From a virus, in the IMG/VR virus record IMGVR_UViG_3300032038_000266, positions 1-38,564 of that record: a DNA stretch of 38,564 nucleotides. One strand, given 5' to 3'. The position numbers were made by a program, and so were the translations under genes. Below, piece by piece: positions 13,032 through 23,683 of this stretch (positions within the stretch are counted from its first letter, which is position 1; each line of letters opens with the position of its first letter). The notes below the pieces were generated by a model. It saw nothing but the letters and a program-made list of their open reading frames with translations, made no database searches and was not told where the DNA came from.

Positions 13032-13430
13032 ATGGCATTTGAGAAAGGCAACAAAGACGGCAAGCAGTTCAACTCTGAGTCCGCGAAAAAGGCTCAGAAG
13101 AAAGCCGTGCGCAATCGCTACAAGAACAAGCACGGACGCGAACTGCTTCTGATGCTGCTCCAGCGCAAGTGTGACTTCGCTGATGTTGCTGACGCTCTCA
13201 AGAAGTACGGCTTCACGGAAGCTGAACTGACGAATGAAGTCGCTCTCTACGAGCGGCAAATGGAGCGCGCAATGCGGAAAGGAGACACGAAGGCGTTCAC
13301 GGCAGTGATGAAGACTGCCGGACTGATGACGGAAGAGACTCACGCAGTCCAGGAGACACACATCAAGCTCTCTCCGCTCACGAAGGAAGAAGCGGCTCAA
13401 ATGAAGCAGATGTTCGATGAAGACTTTTGA
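13032..13430 (+). CDS. Putative terminase small subunit
   Basis: Immediately upstream of and overlapping TerL. Basic N-terminus MAFEKGNKDGKQFNSESAKKAQKKAVRNRYKNK. The call is based on position. Confidence 0.5.
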   Translation: MAFEKGNKDGKQFNSESAKKAQKKAVRNRYKNKHGRELLLMLLQRKCDFADVADALKKYGFTEAELTNEVALYERQMERAMRKGDTKAFTAVMKTAGLMTEETHAVQETHIKLSPLTKEEAAQMKQMFDEDF

Positions 13431-14880
13431 TTCATATTCTCCGAAGGAGCTTCAGTATCTCCAGGCACGCTGCTATCACGGCGTGCTTGACTTTACACGC
13501 ATAGGCTTCCAGTTCGAGAATCGTCAGAAGTTCATCGTCGGCGAGCATCACAAGCTCATCGCATCCGCGCTGGACGATGTCATCTCCGGCAAGTGCAACC
13601 GTCTCATCGTGAACATCGCTCCGCGCTACGGCAAGACGGAACTCATCTCGAAGAAGTTCATAGAGTACGGCTTTGCGCTGAATCCGCGCTGCAAGTTCAT
13701 CCTCTTGTCCTATTCCGATGATCTGGTGCTGGACAACTCCAAGAGCATCAACGAAGCGATGCGCTCGGACTGGTATCAGGCGTTCTTTCCGGAGACCGTA
13801 GTCAGCGGAACTGCCGCGAAGATGTGGAAGACCACTGCCGGCGGCGGACTGTACGCAGTCTCCAGTGCCGGACAAGTGACCGGATTCGGAGCTGGACAAG
13901 TGGAGAGCGATGTCGTGACGGATATGGATCTGCCGGACGGAATGCTGGCGGAAGGATCTCCGGAAGCGTTCGCCGGAGCGATTGTCATTGACGATCCGCT
14001 CAAGCCGGAAGACGCACTCTCCGACATCGTCCGCGAGAGAGTCAATTCTCGCTTTGAAACGACAATCCGCTCTCGTGTGAACTCTCGCCGCACTCCGATT
14101 ATCATTGTGATGCAGCGGCTGCACGAACACGATCTCTGCGGCTATCTCCAGGAGACTGAGCCGGACAAGTGGCGCGTGCTTTCTCTGCCGTGCATCTCTT
14201 ACGATGAGAACGGAAACGAGAAGGCTTTGTGGGAGTTCAAGCACAGCGTGGAAGAGCTGCGCGAACTGGAGCGCGTCAATCCGTTCGTCTTCGAGACGCA
14301 GTATATGCAGAATCCGAAACCGCTCGAAGGTCTGATGTATCAGCCGTTCCGAACATACGATGTGCTTCCGACTGGAGCGTATCGCATCAAGAACTACACT
14401 GATACGGCGGACACTGGCGCGGACTATCTCTGCTCGATCACATACGCGGAGTTCGACACGGCAATCTATGTGCTGGATGTGCTGTTCACGAAGAAGCCAA
14501 TGGAGTACACTGAGCCGGAGACTGCGAGGATGCTCACGCGGAACGCAGTCGTGTCTTGCATCGTGGAATCGAACAACGGCGGACGCGGCTTCAGGCGCAA
14601 TGTGGAGAGATGCTGCCGTGAACTCGGAAACAATATGACGCGCTTCACGGACTTCACGCAGACGGCGAACAAGCAAGTGCGCATCTTCTCCCACAGTGCG
14701 GAAGTGAACAATCTCGTCTTCTTTCCGTCCGGCTGGGACTATCGCTGGAGAGACTTCTACAACGCGATTACATCATACCGGAAGGAAGGGCGGAACGCGC
14801 ACGATGATGCGCCGGACGCACTGACCGGACTCGTGGAACATAGAGACTCGCGGCAGAGCAGCCGCTTCTCAAGGACATAA
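13417..14880 (+). CDS. terL: Terminase large subunit
   Basis: VNIAPRYGKTE (Walker A-like), AIVIDDPLKPEDA (Walker B-like), C-terminal nuclease-type HDDAPDALTG. 487 aa. Confidence 0.85.
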   Translation: MKTFDSYSPKELQYLQARCYHGVLDFTRIGFQFENRQKFIVGEHHKLIASALDDVISGKCNRLIVNIAPRYGKTELISKKFIEYGFALNPRCKFILLSYSDDLVLDNSKSINEAMRSDWYQAFFPETVVSGTAAKMWKTTAGGGLYAVSSAGQVTGFGAGQVESDVVTDMDLPDGMLAEGSPEAFAGAIVIDDPLKPEDALSDIVRERVNSRFETTIRSRVNSRRTPIIIVMQRLHEHDLCGYLQETEPDKWRVLSLPCISYDENGNEKALWEFKHSVEELRELERVNPFVFETQYMQNPKPLEGLMYQPFRTYDVLPTGAYRIKNYTDTADTGADYLCSITYAEFDTAIYVLDVLFTKKPMEYTEPETARMLTRNAVVSCIVESNNGGRGFRRNVERCCRELGNNMTRFTDFTQTANKQVRIFSHSAEVNNLVFFPSGWDYRWRDFYNAITSYRKEGRNAHDDAPDALTGLVEHRDSRQSSRFSRT

Positions 14881-14904
14881 TGACAATTTTGACACTTTGA
14901 CACT

Positions 14905-15381
14905 ATGACACTACTGGAAAAGATCCAAGCAATCGCGGCAACTGCGTGTCCAGGCTATCACTTCGTCTTCGAGACATCTCGGATGATGAATGTGGAAGCC
15001 GATGACGCTCCGTTTCCGTGCGTCTTTATGGACGAATACTACGAGAGCGGCTATCAGTTCCGCTACGGCTGGAAGCGCACTGCGCGGCTGGAGCTGTCGT
15101 TTATGAAGCTCGCCGAGATGCACTGCGATGCCGTGGAGCGCGAAGCTCTGCGAGACGAGATCCGCGAAGAAGCTGTCAAGCCGTTCTTGACTGCGCTGGA
15201 ATCATCCGGCTACTTCGAGAGCATTCAGACTATCGGCGCAGCAATCTCTTCTCCGAACGAGCCGCCGCGCTTCGATGCGAATGCCGTCTCCGTCTTCCTG
15301 AGAATGAATGTCACATTCCGTGACTGCTCTCCAGCTCCAGCTCCGACTCCCACTCCAACTCCGAATCCCTCTGAAAATTGA
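14905..15381 (+). CDS. Hypothetical virion-associated protein with C-terminal Pro/Thr linker
   Basis: 158 aa, ends APAPTPTPTPNPSEN. Preceded by four GACAC-type octamer repeats. Confidence 0.6.
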   Translation: MTLLEKIQAIAATACPGYHFVFETSRMMNVEADDAPFPCVFMDEYYESGYQFRYGWKRTARLELSFMKLAEMHCDAVEREALRDEIREEAVKPFLTALESSGYFESIQTIGAAISSPNEPPRFDANAVSVFLRMNVTFRDCSPAPAPTPTPTPNPSEN

Positions 15382-15388
15382 CAGCAGT

Positions 15389-15874
15389 ATGTCAAAAATC
15401 GTCCTTCATAGAATCAACTTCGAGAGCCGCGACTTCACATACGGAAGCCGCATCGCTCTCGGAGACATCTTCGGCGCAAGCGGAGTGACGGAGTATGGAA
15501 TGCTCAAGAACGCATTCCGCGAACTGTACGGCTTCTCCGCCAGGCTGCTTCCAGTGCGCTGGAGAGTTAAGGCTTTCAATCACATCATCGCCGGACTGAC
15601 ATCGTGGATCGAGAAGGAGCAGAAGATGCTCCAGTACACTCCGTCCAGCGATGAACTCGCAGCCGGCGTGAAGGAGCTTGGAGAGAAAGTCGGAAATATG
15701 GCAACAATCAAGGCTCTCGCGAAAGCGTACAGCAAGGATCCGGACGAGATTCTTGAGTGGGACTATGCAAAGGTCTTCGGCATCCTCTACACGGATCTCG
15801 AAGAGCGCAAGTATGAAACGAAACTAAACAAGCGAATCTATGGCAGATCTGGCTCTCACAAATTCGGCAATTGA
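15389..15874 (+). CDS. Hypothetical protein (161 aa)
   Basis: ORF track 15308 overlaps the upstream gene. ATG 15389 follows its stop. Confidence 0.55.
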   Translation: MSKIVLHRINFESRDFTYGSRIALGDIFGASGVTEYGMLKNAFRELYGFSARLLPVRWRVKAFNHIIAGLTSWIEKEQKMLQYTPSSDELAAGVKELGEKVGNMATIKALAKAYSKDPDEILEWDYAKVFGILYTDLEERKYETKLNKRIYGRSGSHKFGN

Positions 15875-16382
15875 GTCCGTGTTCCGCAGTGCGCTGGAAG
15901 AGTGCATCGCGCAGATACGCTCCAATTCCAAAGCAGCCGAACAAGTCGCAACCGGCAAGACGCTGCGCTCTCTTGAGTGGCGGCTGGAAATGGTCGGAAA
16001 CGACTGGATTGCTCAGATTCTCGGACGCAAATACTTCGGCGCGCTGGAGACCGGACGCGGCGTGTATCAGGGCGGCAAGGCGGACATCAAGGCGTTCAAC
16101 GATGCGCTCGTGGAATGGATGCGCGCTCGCGGCATACACTCCGAGATGAACGATGAGCAGCTCCGGCTGGAAGCGAATCGTCTCCGCTGGTACATCAATC
16201 GCTACGGCACGCAGCTCTATCAGAAAGGCGGACGCAAGGACATCTTCACTCCGGCAGTGCAAGGCTTTATGGAGACGCTCCAGCAGCAGCTCATCTTCTT
16301 CTTCCAGCACGAAGTCGCTGATATGTTCACGAAAGGATTCCAGGGATTCGGCAACTCCGAACTCTCCGTTCAAACGCAATAA
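15840..16382 (+). CDS. Hypothetical structural protein (weak HK97 gp10-like flavour)
   Basis: CTATGGCA start. ...TGKTLRSLEW... pattern only. The assignment is weak. Confidence 0.5.
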   Translation: MADLALTNSAIESVFRSALEECIAQIRSNSKAAEQVATGKTLRSLEWRLEMVGNDWIAQILGRKYFGALETGRGVYQGGKADIKAFNDALVEWMRARGIHSEMNDEQLRLEANRLRWYINRYGTQLYQKGGRKDIFTPAVQGFMETLQQQLIFFFQHEVADMFTKGFQGFGNSELSVQTQ

Positions 16383-16394
16383 AGACAATTCGCT

Positions 16395-17846
16395 ATGTAT
16401 AATCTTCTTCGCTCCAACTATCTGAACGCATTCACAACTGCGGACAAGGCTGCGGACAACGCTGCCGGCGGAGTCGCGCTGTGGGACTTGCCGGACGAGA
16501 TGCGCCGCGCGTTCAATCCAATCATTCTCACTCGCACGAAGTATCTGCATCTGATTCGCGGATCCTACGAGCCGTCATACTCTCCAGTGCCGAACTACAT
16601 CAAGCGGAAGAACGCTACGACAATAGAGTTCGATGTCGCACTGACATCCAGCATCCGCGTCTGCGTGAAGCTGACGAATGACTCGTATGCAGTCGCGACA
16701 GTGGGATCCGGACGCACGGACTGGACATTCACTGGACTGCTCTATGACATCGTGGAAGTGACCGGAGTGTCGTTCGACACAACGCTCACTGCGGCGGACT
16801 ATGACAAGTTCAAGAACTACATCAGCGACAACTCTCAGATCTTCGTCCGTGGCGGCTTCGCATATCAGGACGCGAATTTTATGTGCAGCGTCTCCGGAGA
16901 TGTTCTCTACAAGAACACGGAAGTGGACTCCTACGGCATCAATGTCTACAAGACTGACGGCTCGTATGTGCGTCTCGTGGCGGACAGCTGCTACGGCGTG
17001 ACGAAGTATGATGTCGCAGCCGTAGTCAAGAGCTGGTTTAACAAGGAGCTGGCGGAGTTCGGAGCGGACAACATAATGACGGACAAGGCTCTCTCGATCC
17101 GCTACAAGCTGACGATTGCCGGAACGACATACACTTTTCTCGCCGTGAACGCAGTCGCTCAGATAGGAGAAGACTCCAATATGGCGGACTACGATGAGCA
17201 AGTCCTGACGAAGTTCTCTCGCATTGACTACTACGAAGGCTATCCGCTGGACTACGCGATTCTCGTCTCCAGCACTGGCGAGACTCAGTATGAACTCGGA
17301 GAACTGACTCCACTCTCCGTCTCTCGCGTGCGCATTGACAATGCGGCAGTCGAACTGTGGACGGAGAACGATGACGAGAACATCGAAGACGAGAACGGCA
17401 ACATCATCTACATTCTGCCGAAGTGCGACATTCCGGTCTATGTGCATTGCAATCCGCGCAAGCCGTTCTATGTCCGCTGGATCAATCAGCTCGGCGGCGT
17501 GGACTACTTTATGTTCGCACGCCAGCAGAAGCACTCTCCGTCCGTCAAGTCCGTCAGTACATACGAGAAGTTCGTGGAGAGTCCGCTGAACGCCAAGACG
17601 AACTCCAAAGCCTATTCTCTCACTACGGCGAACGACATCACTGTCGGAGCGGAGCTGCTGAACGAGACGGACTTCCAGGCTCTTCGCTGGATCGCATTCG
17701 CTCGCAAGATTGAACACTGGGACGAGAAGCTCGGCAAGTGGATTGAACTGAGCGTCTCCAAGTTTGACGGATCCTACAACACGAAGAACGAGACGCACAC
17801 TGTGGAAGTGACATTCTCGCTTCCGAACATCAATGTCCAATACTGA
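16395..17846 (+). CDS. Virion structural protein (483 aa; tail/baseplate-associated?)
   Basis: Large ORF in the structural block. No diagnostic motif. Confidence 0.65.
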   Translation: MYNLLRSNYLNAFTTADKAADNAAGGVALWDLPDEMRRAFNPIILTRTKYLHLIRGSYEPSYSPVPNYIKRKNATTIEFDVALTSSIRVCVKLTNDSYAVATVGSGRTDWTFTGLLYDIVEVTGVSFDTTLTAADYDKFKNYISDNSQIFVRGGFAYQDANFMCSVSGDVLYKNTEVDSYGINVYKTDGSYVRLVADSCYGVTKYDVAAVVKSWFNKELAEFGADNIMTDKALSIRYKLTIAGTTYTFLAVNAVAQIGEDSNMADYDEQVLTKFSRIDYYEGYPLDYAILVSSTGETQYELGELTPLSVSRVRIDNAAVELWTENDDENIEDENGNIIYILPKCDIPVYVHCNPRKPFYVRWINQLGGVDYFMFARQQKHSPSVKSVSTYEKFVESPLNAKTNSKAYSLTTANDITVGAELLNETDFQALRWIAFARKIEHWDEKLGKWIELSVSKFDGSYNTKNETHTVEVTFSLPNINVQY

Positions 17847-17852
17847 TGCGCT

Positions 17853-20363
17853 ATGAAGGAGCAATTCTATATCAACGGCATTCTAATGGATCAGGCGAGC
17901 GGCAAGTCCGCTTCGCTTGTGTATCAGTCTCCGTTCTTCACGGATATAGACTCAATCGTCAGCAACCGCACGAACAGCGTGGACTTTCCCACTACGGAGA
18001 ACAATCTCCAGGCGATTCAGCTGGCGCAGCTCTCCGCCGGCACGAGCAAGTTCGCGTATCGCAAGCACACTGCGCTCTACTTCCGTGACGGAGTCCAGAT
18101 CTTCTCCGGATTCGGCACGCTCCTGAGCATCACTCCCACTGTCATCAAGTTCTCGTTCACTTGGGGGAATGTCAATGCGTTCAAGAAGCTGCTGGACATC
18201 AAGCTGCGCGACTTGCAGACGGATGTGGACTATGTAAACTGGAACGACACGGCAATCGTGAACGATGCGCACTATCCTACGAATGTGCTGTATCAGAAGC
18301 GCGGCTACAACGGCACGCTCTATAAGACTGTCGGACACACACATCCGGTGCTGAAGGTCTCGGACATTCTCACGCGGCTGTCTTCGGCTTCCGGCGTGAC
18401 ATTCGTGGGAAGCAACGCATTCAGCAAGCTCGCGATTCCGATTCTCTTCCGCAAGGCTGACGAGAAGGCGAAAGCCGCTCAGGGAATCAATCTCATCTCC
18501 GGAGACAAGGAGATGAGCGCAATGTCTTATCAGAACAAGTGGACTTTCGGCTGCGACACTGGAGCTGGAGACCGTGACATCAAAGAGCAGTACGATGACA
18601 CCGGCAACTGCTTCGATGTGACGGACTATAACAAGATCCGGATCGTCCTGAAGGGCGGCACGAAGTTCAAGACATACCGGACTGCGCCGTCCCACATTCC
18701 GACAATGGTGCGCGGCATCAATGTCTACGCCACTGACGAGTATGGCAACATCGGCGCGCTCATCCAGCAGCTGCGAATGGACTGGAATGACTTGACTGCG
18801 GACAAGAGCCGCGTGCAATACTCCGTCTCCGAAGACAAGACATACGACATTGACTTGAACTGGCAGAGCGGCGGCAACACTGGCAAGTACAACTACATCC
18901 AGCTCGTGCCGATGATTCTCGGCAACGCATACACTTGCTCCGTCTACGATGTGGACATTGACATAGACATCATCTGCGACTACGATCAGGATCAGGAGCT
19001 GCTCTATCCGAGCATCTATCCGCTCTACTCGAATCTGCCGGACTGGACTGCGTCTCAGCTGCTGAAGAATCTGATGAAGATTGCCGGAGTGTTCGCCGTG
19101 TGTCCGGATAGTGAGACAATCAAGTTCGTCAGCATTGATGCGCTCTACAACAACCGGAACATCGCGCTGGACTGGACGGACAAGCTGATGCTCACGGAAG
19201 GCTCGAAGCCGGAAGAAATCTCTCCCACTTTCGGACAGTACGCGCAGAACAATATCTGCAAGTGGGCGGAAGACACAACGAATCTGATGACTTTCAACGG
19301 CGCGCTTGTCGTGGAGAACGAGACGCTCGAAGCGGAGAAGGATCTCTTCTCGCTGGACTTCGCCGGAAGCGATTATTCCGTGATCGGAGACAGCGAAACG
19401 CTGCGCATCAACTGCTATGCCGTCAATCCGAACGGAGACGAGCCGGCGGAGATGTTTTCGGAAATCACTCCGCACATCTTCGAGATGACCGGACGATATG
19501 CTCGCTTCTCCGCGCTGGACTTCAGGAACATCTCTTACGGAGCGTATCGCACATATCAGCAGACGATCCGCCAGCCGCGAGTCCTGAAGGCGCGTGTGCA
19601 GACGGATGTGCTTGACTTGAAAGATCTGGACTTGTCAGTTCCGGTCTATTCGTTCGCGCTCGGACACTACTACGCAATCAACAAGCTCACAACGAAAGAC
19701 GGCTATGTCGCAGATGTGGAACTGCTCCAGCTCGGAAGTCTTGACACATCCAGCCAGGAAGAGCCGACATCCGAGAACACGGACAACAATCTGCAAGTGC
19801 TGCGCGATGAACTCGGCAACTACTACGCTTCAATTCCGTCCCTGACTGGAGCGGCTCTCAACAACATCATCGCGGATGACAACTATCGTGTCGTGCTGCT
19901 CCGCTACGGCTACGCCAGGCGCGGCAAGACATTCCAATACTACGACTCGCGTCACGACTTGATCTGGAGTCACGCGCATCGCAATCGCTTCTACAAGAAT
20001 GACCGCAAAGGACTCCAGTGGCGCATCATCGGCTACGACATTCTCTACGAAGGGCATCAAGGCGCGCACTCGCAGCAAGTCAAGACTGGCTACTACAACG
20101 GCAGTACGCTCGTGTTCCGGCTGAAGGAGTCTATCTCGCTGCCGCCGCTCCGGACGGATCAGAAGTGGTTTGTGACGAGAGACGGACACATCCGCGAGCG
20201 TTCTTGTGACGGTCAGAACGACTTGTATGTCGCGCTCTATCACAAGGAGAGTGGAAAGTGGGTGCGAGTGAGCAACATAGTCCAGGTGCGTGGACGCAAC
20301 AGTGACCGAACAATGATATGGGAGTTTGAGGAAAGCAACATCATCTTCTCGGCACTGGCATAA
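17853..20363 (+). CDS. Large virion structural protein (836 aa; tail/host-interaction?)
   Basis: Large ORF adjacent to the tape-measure gene. No diagnostic motif. Confidence 0.65.
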   Translation: MKEQFYINGILMDQASGKSASLVYQSPFFTDIDSIVSNRTNSVDFPTTENNLQAIQLAQLSAGTSKFAYRKHTALYFRDGVQIFSGFGTLLSITPTVIKFSFTWGNVNAFKKLLDIKLRDLQTDVDYVNWNDTAIVNDAHYPTNVLYQKRGYNGTLYKTVGHTHPVLKVSDILTRLSSASGVTFVGSNAFSKLAIPILFRKADEKAKAAQGINLISGDKEMSAMSYQNKWTFGCDTGAGDRDIKEQYDDTGNCFDVTDYNKIRIVLKGGTKFKTYRTAPSHIPTMVRGINVYATDEYGNIGALIQQLRMDWNDLTADKSRVQYSVSEDKTYDIDLNWQSGGNTGKYNYIQLVPMILGNAYTCSVYDVDIDIDIICDYDQDQELLYPSIYPLYSNLPDWTASQLLKNLMKIAGVFAVCPDSETIKFVSIDALYNNRNIALDWTDKLMLTEGSKPEEISPTFGQYAQNNICKWAEDTTNLMTFNGALVVENETLEAEKDLFSLDFAGSDYSVIGDSETLRINCYAVNPNGDEPAEMFSEITPHIFEMTGRYARFSALDFRNISYGAYRTYQQTIRQPRVLKARVQTDVLDLKDLDLSVPVYSFALGHYYAINKLTTKDGYVADVELLQLGSLDTSSQEEPTSENTDNNLQVLRDELGNYYASIPSLTGAALNNIIADDNYRVVLLRYGYARRGKTFQYYDSRHDLIWSHAHRNRFYKNDRKGLQWRIIGYDILYEGHQGAHSQQVKTGYYNGSTLVFRLKESISLPPLRTDQKWFVTRDGHIRERSCDGQNDLYVALYHKESGKWVRVSNIVQVRGRNSDRTMIWEFEESNIIFSALA

Positions 20364-20405
20364 AAAAAGAGCTACACTTGCTCTCCGAAAAGATCAGGTG
20401 TAGCA
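20362..20405 (-). terminator. Minus-strand-oriented intrinsic terminator in an all-plus-strand region
   Basis: 13-position stem gctacacttgctc / gatcaggtgtagc (11 WC, 1 GU, 1 mismatch) with an 8-nt loop. On the minus strand it is followed by TC + T8 (the complement of A8 at 20362-20369). There is no T-run on the plus strand. Confidence 0.45.
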
Positions 20406-20486
20406 GCCTCCGACAAAGACGGCGCACGCCCCTCACGGGACTCCTTATGGCACAAAGGTACGAAGAATTTTTAATATCGCAATACT

Positions 20487-23400
20487 ATGGCGGACGAAAC
20501 TAAACAAACTTTGCTTGAAGTCAAGCTGAATCTCTCTGACGCGATTCAGGAAATGGCGCAGTATCAGCAGTCAATTGATGATATTGCGATAGAGATGCAG
20601 AAGCTGACTGCGCAGTACAAGAACGGCGAAATCACTCGCCAGCAGTACAATCAGGATATGATCCGTCTGAAGGAGACGCAGAAAGCCTACCGGAAGGAGA
20701 TGAACGAGCTTTCTCGCGTCACGCAGAATCAGATCATCGCGCAGCAGAAATACGAAGGCACTCTGAAAGGGATGTGCGCCGAGCTTTCCGTGGCGAAGGA
20801 CAAGCTCCGCGCGATGAAGACTACGGATCCAGGCTGGGAAGAGCAGCGCGAGTATGTGGACAAGCTGAACGCCAGCATCAAGGAGATCGAGCAGAGCTAC
20901 GGAGTTTATCAGCGCGATGTCGGACACTACCGGACGGAGCAAGAGAAGACGAAAGAGCAGATTGCCGAGACAATCGAAAAGATGCGTGAACTCATCGCCA
21001 CTCATCGCGAGTCTTCTCCGGAGATGCAGAAGTGTTCAGAGGATCTCGCGAACTTCAACAATGCGCTCCAAAATGAGACGAAGAACGGACTGGACTCCGC
21101 GACTCAGGCTACCGCCGGACTCATCGGCGTGATGACGATTCTCGGCAACTCCTTCAACGATGACACGGAGAAGAGTCAGAAGATGCAGTCGCTTATCAAG
21201 GCTCTCGGCGTGGGAATGTCCGCACTGGCTATCGCTACGAAAGTCTATCAGGCTGCGCAGAAGTCCGGACTGCTCACTCGCATCGCTACGAACGCGCAGA
21301 TAAAGATTGCCACTGCTGCTCTGAAGCAAGAAGCCGCCGCCGAAGCCGGAAGCACTGTGGCAACAGTGGCGCACAAGACGGCTCAAGACGCGCTGAACGC
21401 TTCGATGCTCGCGAATCCTATTATGCTCATCGTGGCGGCAGTCGCTCTGCTCGTAGCCGGACTGACGGCTCTCGTGCTGTGGCTCGTCCGCTCCACTGAT
21501 GCGCAGAAAGCCGCCAATGCCGCCGCGAAGGAGTACGAGAAGCAGACGGCTCTCTCGGAAGACGCTATCGCTTCGCTGGACGCTGCCGAGAAAGCTCGCG
21601 CTATCAATCTGCAAGCCGCTTATCAGAGGGAGCTGAAGGCGATGATGCAGAACGGCGCATCGCAAGAAGCGATTGACAAGAAGAAAATGGAAATGGAGAA
21701 CGAGCTTCTCCGTCTCACGATAGAGTCCACGCAGAAGAAAATGGAAGAGCAGAAGAAGGAGATGGCGGCTGCTCTTGCAAACTGGAAGGCGCAAGACCGT
21801 CTTGCGCGTGAACTCATCCGCACGAAAGGCGAGGATGCCAAGAAGACGAAAGAGCAAATCAAGGCGGCGCAAGAAGCGCATCAAACCTATCTGAACATCC
21901 TCAATGCCTACAATGATTCCGTCAAAGCCGTCAATGACGCGCAGTTCTCTATCATCTCGAACTCTTACTCTCGCCGCCAGGCTGCTGCGGATAAGGCATA
22001 CGAGCGCGCGATGCGCCAGCTGGAACACATAGACAAGCGCAGGCAAGAAGCACTCAAGCGTGCCGCCGTCTATGAGTATGACTACACGAAGAGCGCGGAA
22101 GAGAACGCGGAAGCTCGCTGGAAGGCGGCTATGCTCTACGAGCAGCGCGTGTTCAACGCGAAGCAGAAGTTTGAGAAGGATAAACTCGATCTTGAACTGA
22201 GCAGTCACAAAATCACGCAAGAGCAGTACGACCAGGCGATGAAGGAAATGGCTTCCGAGCAAGCCACTTTCCTCAAGCAGCAAGCGGCGGACATCGCCGA
22301 GCATCAGCGCACGCTCCTGGAGAACGCAATCCAGCTCGCCGGCGGCAAACGCTTGGAAGACTTGCTCTCGGAGATGCACGATCAGTTCACGGCTGCTCGC
22401 GAAGCAATCAATCAGGATCTGAATCTCTCCGATGAAGAGCGCGCGTTCTATCTCGAAGAACTGGCGCAGCGTGAAGCGGATGCCGAGCGCAAGATTCGGC
22501 TGGACAACGAGAAGCAAATCTCCGACAACATCAAGCGCATCGTGGACGATCTCTACAAGTATGATGAACGCCAGTTCTCCGCAGAGGAAACGGAGCGCAT
22601 CGCACTGGAGATCGAGACTCAGAAGCGCATCATCGCCGAGCGCAAAGCCGCCGGACTGAACACTGTGGCGGAAGAAGCGAAACTGAATCAGCTGGAGCTT
22701 CAGATGCGCGCCGCGACTCTTGACAAGGACTATCAGCTCGCGTGGAAGAATCAGAAGAAGCAGTATCAACTTCAGAAGAAGTATCTCGAAGACGAGATTG
22801 CTCTCTATGCCGAAGGCACTGCGCAGCGTGCGGCTCTTGAGCAAGAACTGGCGGAACTGACAGTCCAGTACAACGAGCAGAAACTCGAATCCGCGAAGGA
22901 GTATGCGTCTCAGGCAACGGAAGTGTTCTCGCAGATGAACTCTCTGATGTCCGCTATGGAAGAGCGCACGACTTCGCAGTACGAGAAGGACAACGCGGAC
23001 AAGAAGAAGTCGCTGGACGCTCGTCTGAAAGCCGGACTCATCTCGCAGAAGCAGTACGACAAGCAGTCTGCGGAACTTGACGCGGAGCTGGACAAGAAGA
23101 AAGCCGAGATTGCACGCAAGCAAGCGATCCGCGAGAAGGCTCTCTCCGCGATGCAGATTGCAATCAACACTGCCGCCGCAATTATGAAGATCTGGGCGGA
23201 AGTGCCGAAAATGGACTTCGGCGTTTCCACTGGCGTGCTGACGGCTCTTGCCGCAGCAACCGGAGCAATCCAGCTCGCAGCAGTGCTGGCGCAGCCGCTT
23301 CCGACTGCTCGCATCGGCGGTCTCGTCCAGGGCGGCACTCACGAGCAAGGCGGCGTGCTTGTCAATACCGAAGGCGGCGAGCGCATCATCGCAAAAGACG

Positions 23401-23672
23401 CGAGCGCGGCATTTCCGGAGCTGCTGAATCTCATCTCGTACATCGGAAAGCACTCCAGCGTTCCGGACACTGGCTACGCGGCTGCGATGCTCGGATCCAG
23501 GAGCCAGGAGACAGCAGTGGACGGCACTCCGATTGACTACGACATACTCGCGCAGAAGATAGGCGAGCAAGTGAGCGAGTCTCTCCGGCTCAATCCGCCG
23601 CGAATCGCAGTCGATCAGTACGAATCCGCACACGGAGAGTATGTCAGAATAGAAGACACGGCTAAACTCTAA
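20487..23672 (+). CDS. Tail tape measure protein
   Basis: 1061 aa. Long coiled-coil Q/K/E/A-rich sequence with central hydrophobic segments (GLIGVMTILG, MLANPIMLIVAAVALLVAGLTALVLWLV). Confidence 0.8.
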   Translation: MADETKQTLLEVKLNLSDAIQEMAQYQQSIDDIAIEMQKLTAQYKNGEITRQQYNQDMIRLKETQKAYRKEMNELSRVTQNQIIAQQKYEGTLKGMCAELSVAKDKLRAMKTTDPGWEEQREYVDKLNASIKEIEQSYGVYQRDVGHYRTEQEKTKEQIAETIEKMRELIATHRESSPEMQKCSEDLANFNNALQNETKNGLDSATQATAGLIGVMTILGNSFNDDTEKSQKMQSLIKALGVGMSALAIATKVYQAAQKSGLLTRIATNAQIKIATAALKQEAAAEAGSTVATVAHKTAQDALNASMLANPIMLIVAAVALLVAGLTALVLWLVRSTDAQKAANAAAKEYEKQTALSEDAIASLDAAEKARAINLQAAYQRELKAMMQNGASQEAIDKKKMEMENELLRLTIESTQKKMEEQKKEMAAALANWKAQDRLARELIRTKGEDAKKTKEQIKAAQEAHQTYLNILNAYNDSVKAVNDAQFSIISNSYSRRQAAADKAYERAMRQLEHIDKRRQEALKRAAVYEYDYTKSAEENAEARWKAAMLYEQRVFNAKQKFEKDKLDLELSSHKITQEQYDQAMKEMASEQATFLKQQAADIAEHQRTLLENAIQLAGGKRLEDLLSEMHDQFTAAREAINQDLNLSDEERAFYLEELAQREADAERKIRLDNEKQISDNIKRIVDDLYKYDERQFSAEETERIALEIETQKRIIAERKAAGLNTVAEEAKLNQLELQMRAATLDKDYQLAWKNQKKQYQLQKKYLEDEIALYAEGTAQRAALEQELAELTVQYNEQKLESAKEYASQATEVFSQMNSLMSAMEERTTSQYEKDNADKKKSLDARLKAGLISQKQYDKQSAELDAELDKKKAEIARKQAIREKALSAMQIAINTAAAIMKIWAEVPKMDFGVSTGVLTALAAATGAIQLAAVLAQPLPTARIGGLVQGGTHEQGGVLVNTEGGERIIAKDASAAFPELLNLISYIGKHSSVPDTGYAAAMLGSRSQETAVDGTPIDYDILAQKIGEQVSESLRLNPPRIAVDQYESAHGEYVRIEDTAKL

Positions 23673-23683
23673 CACTCGGAACG

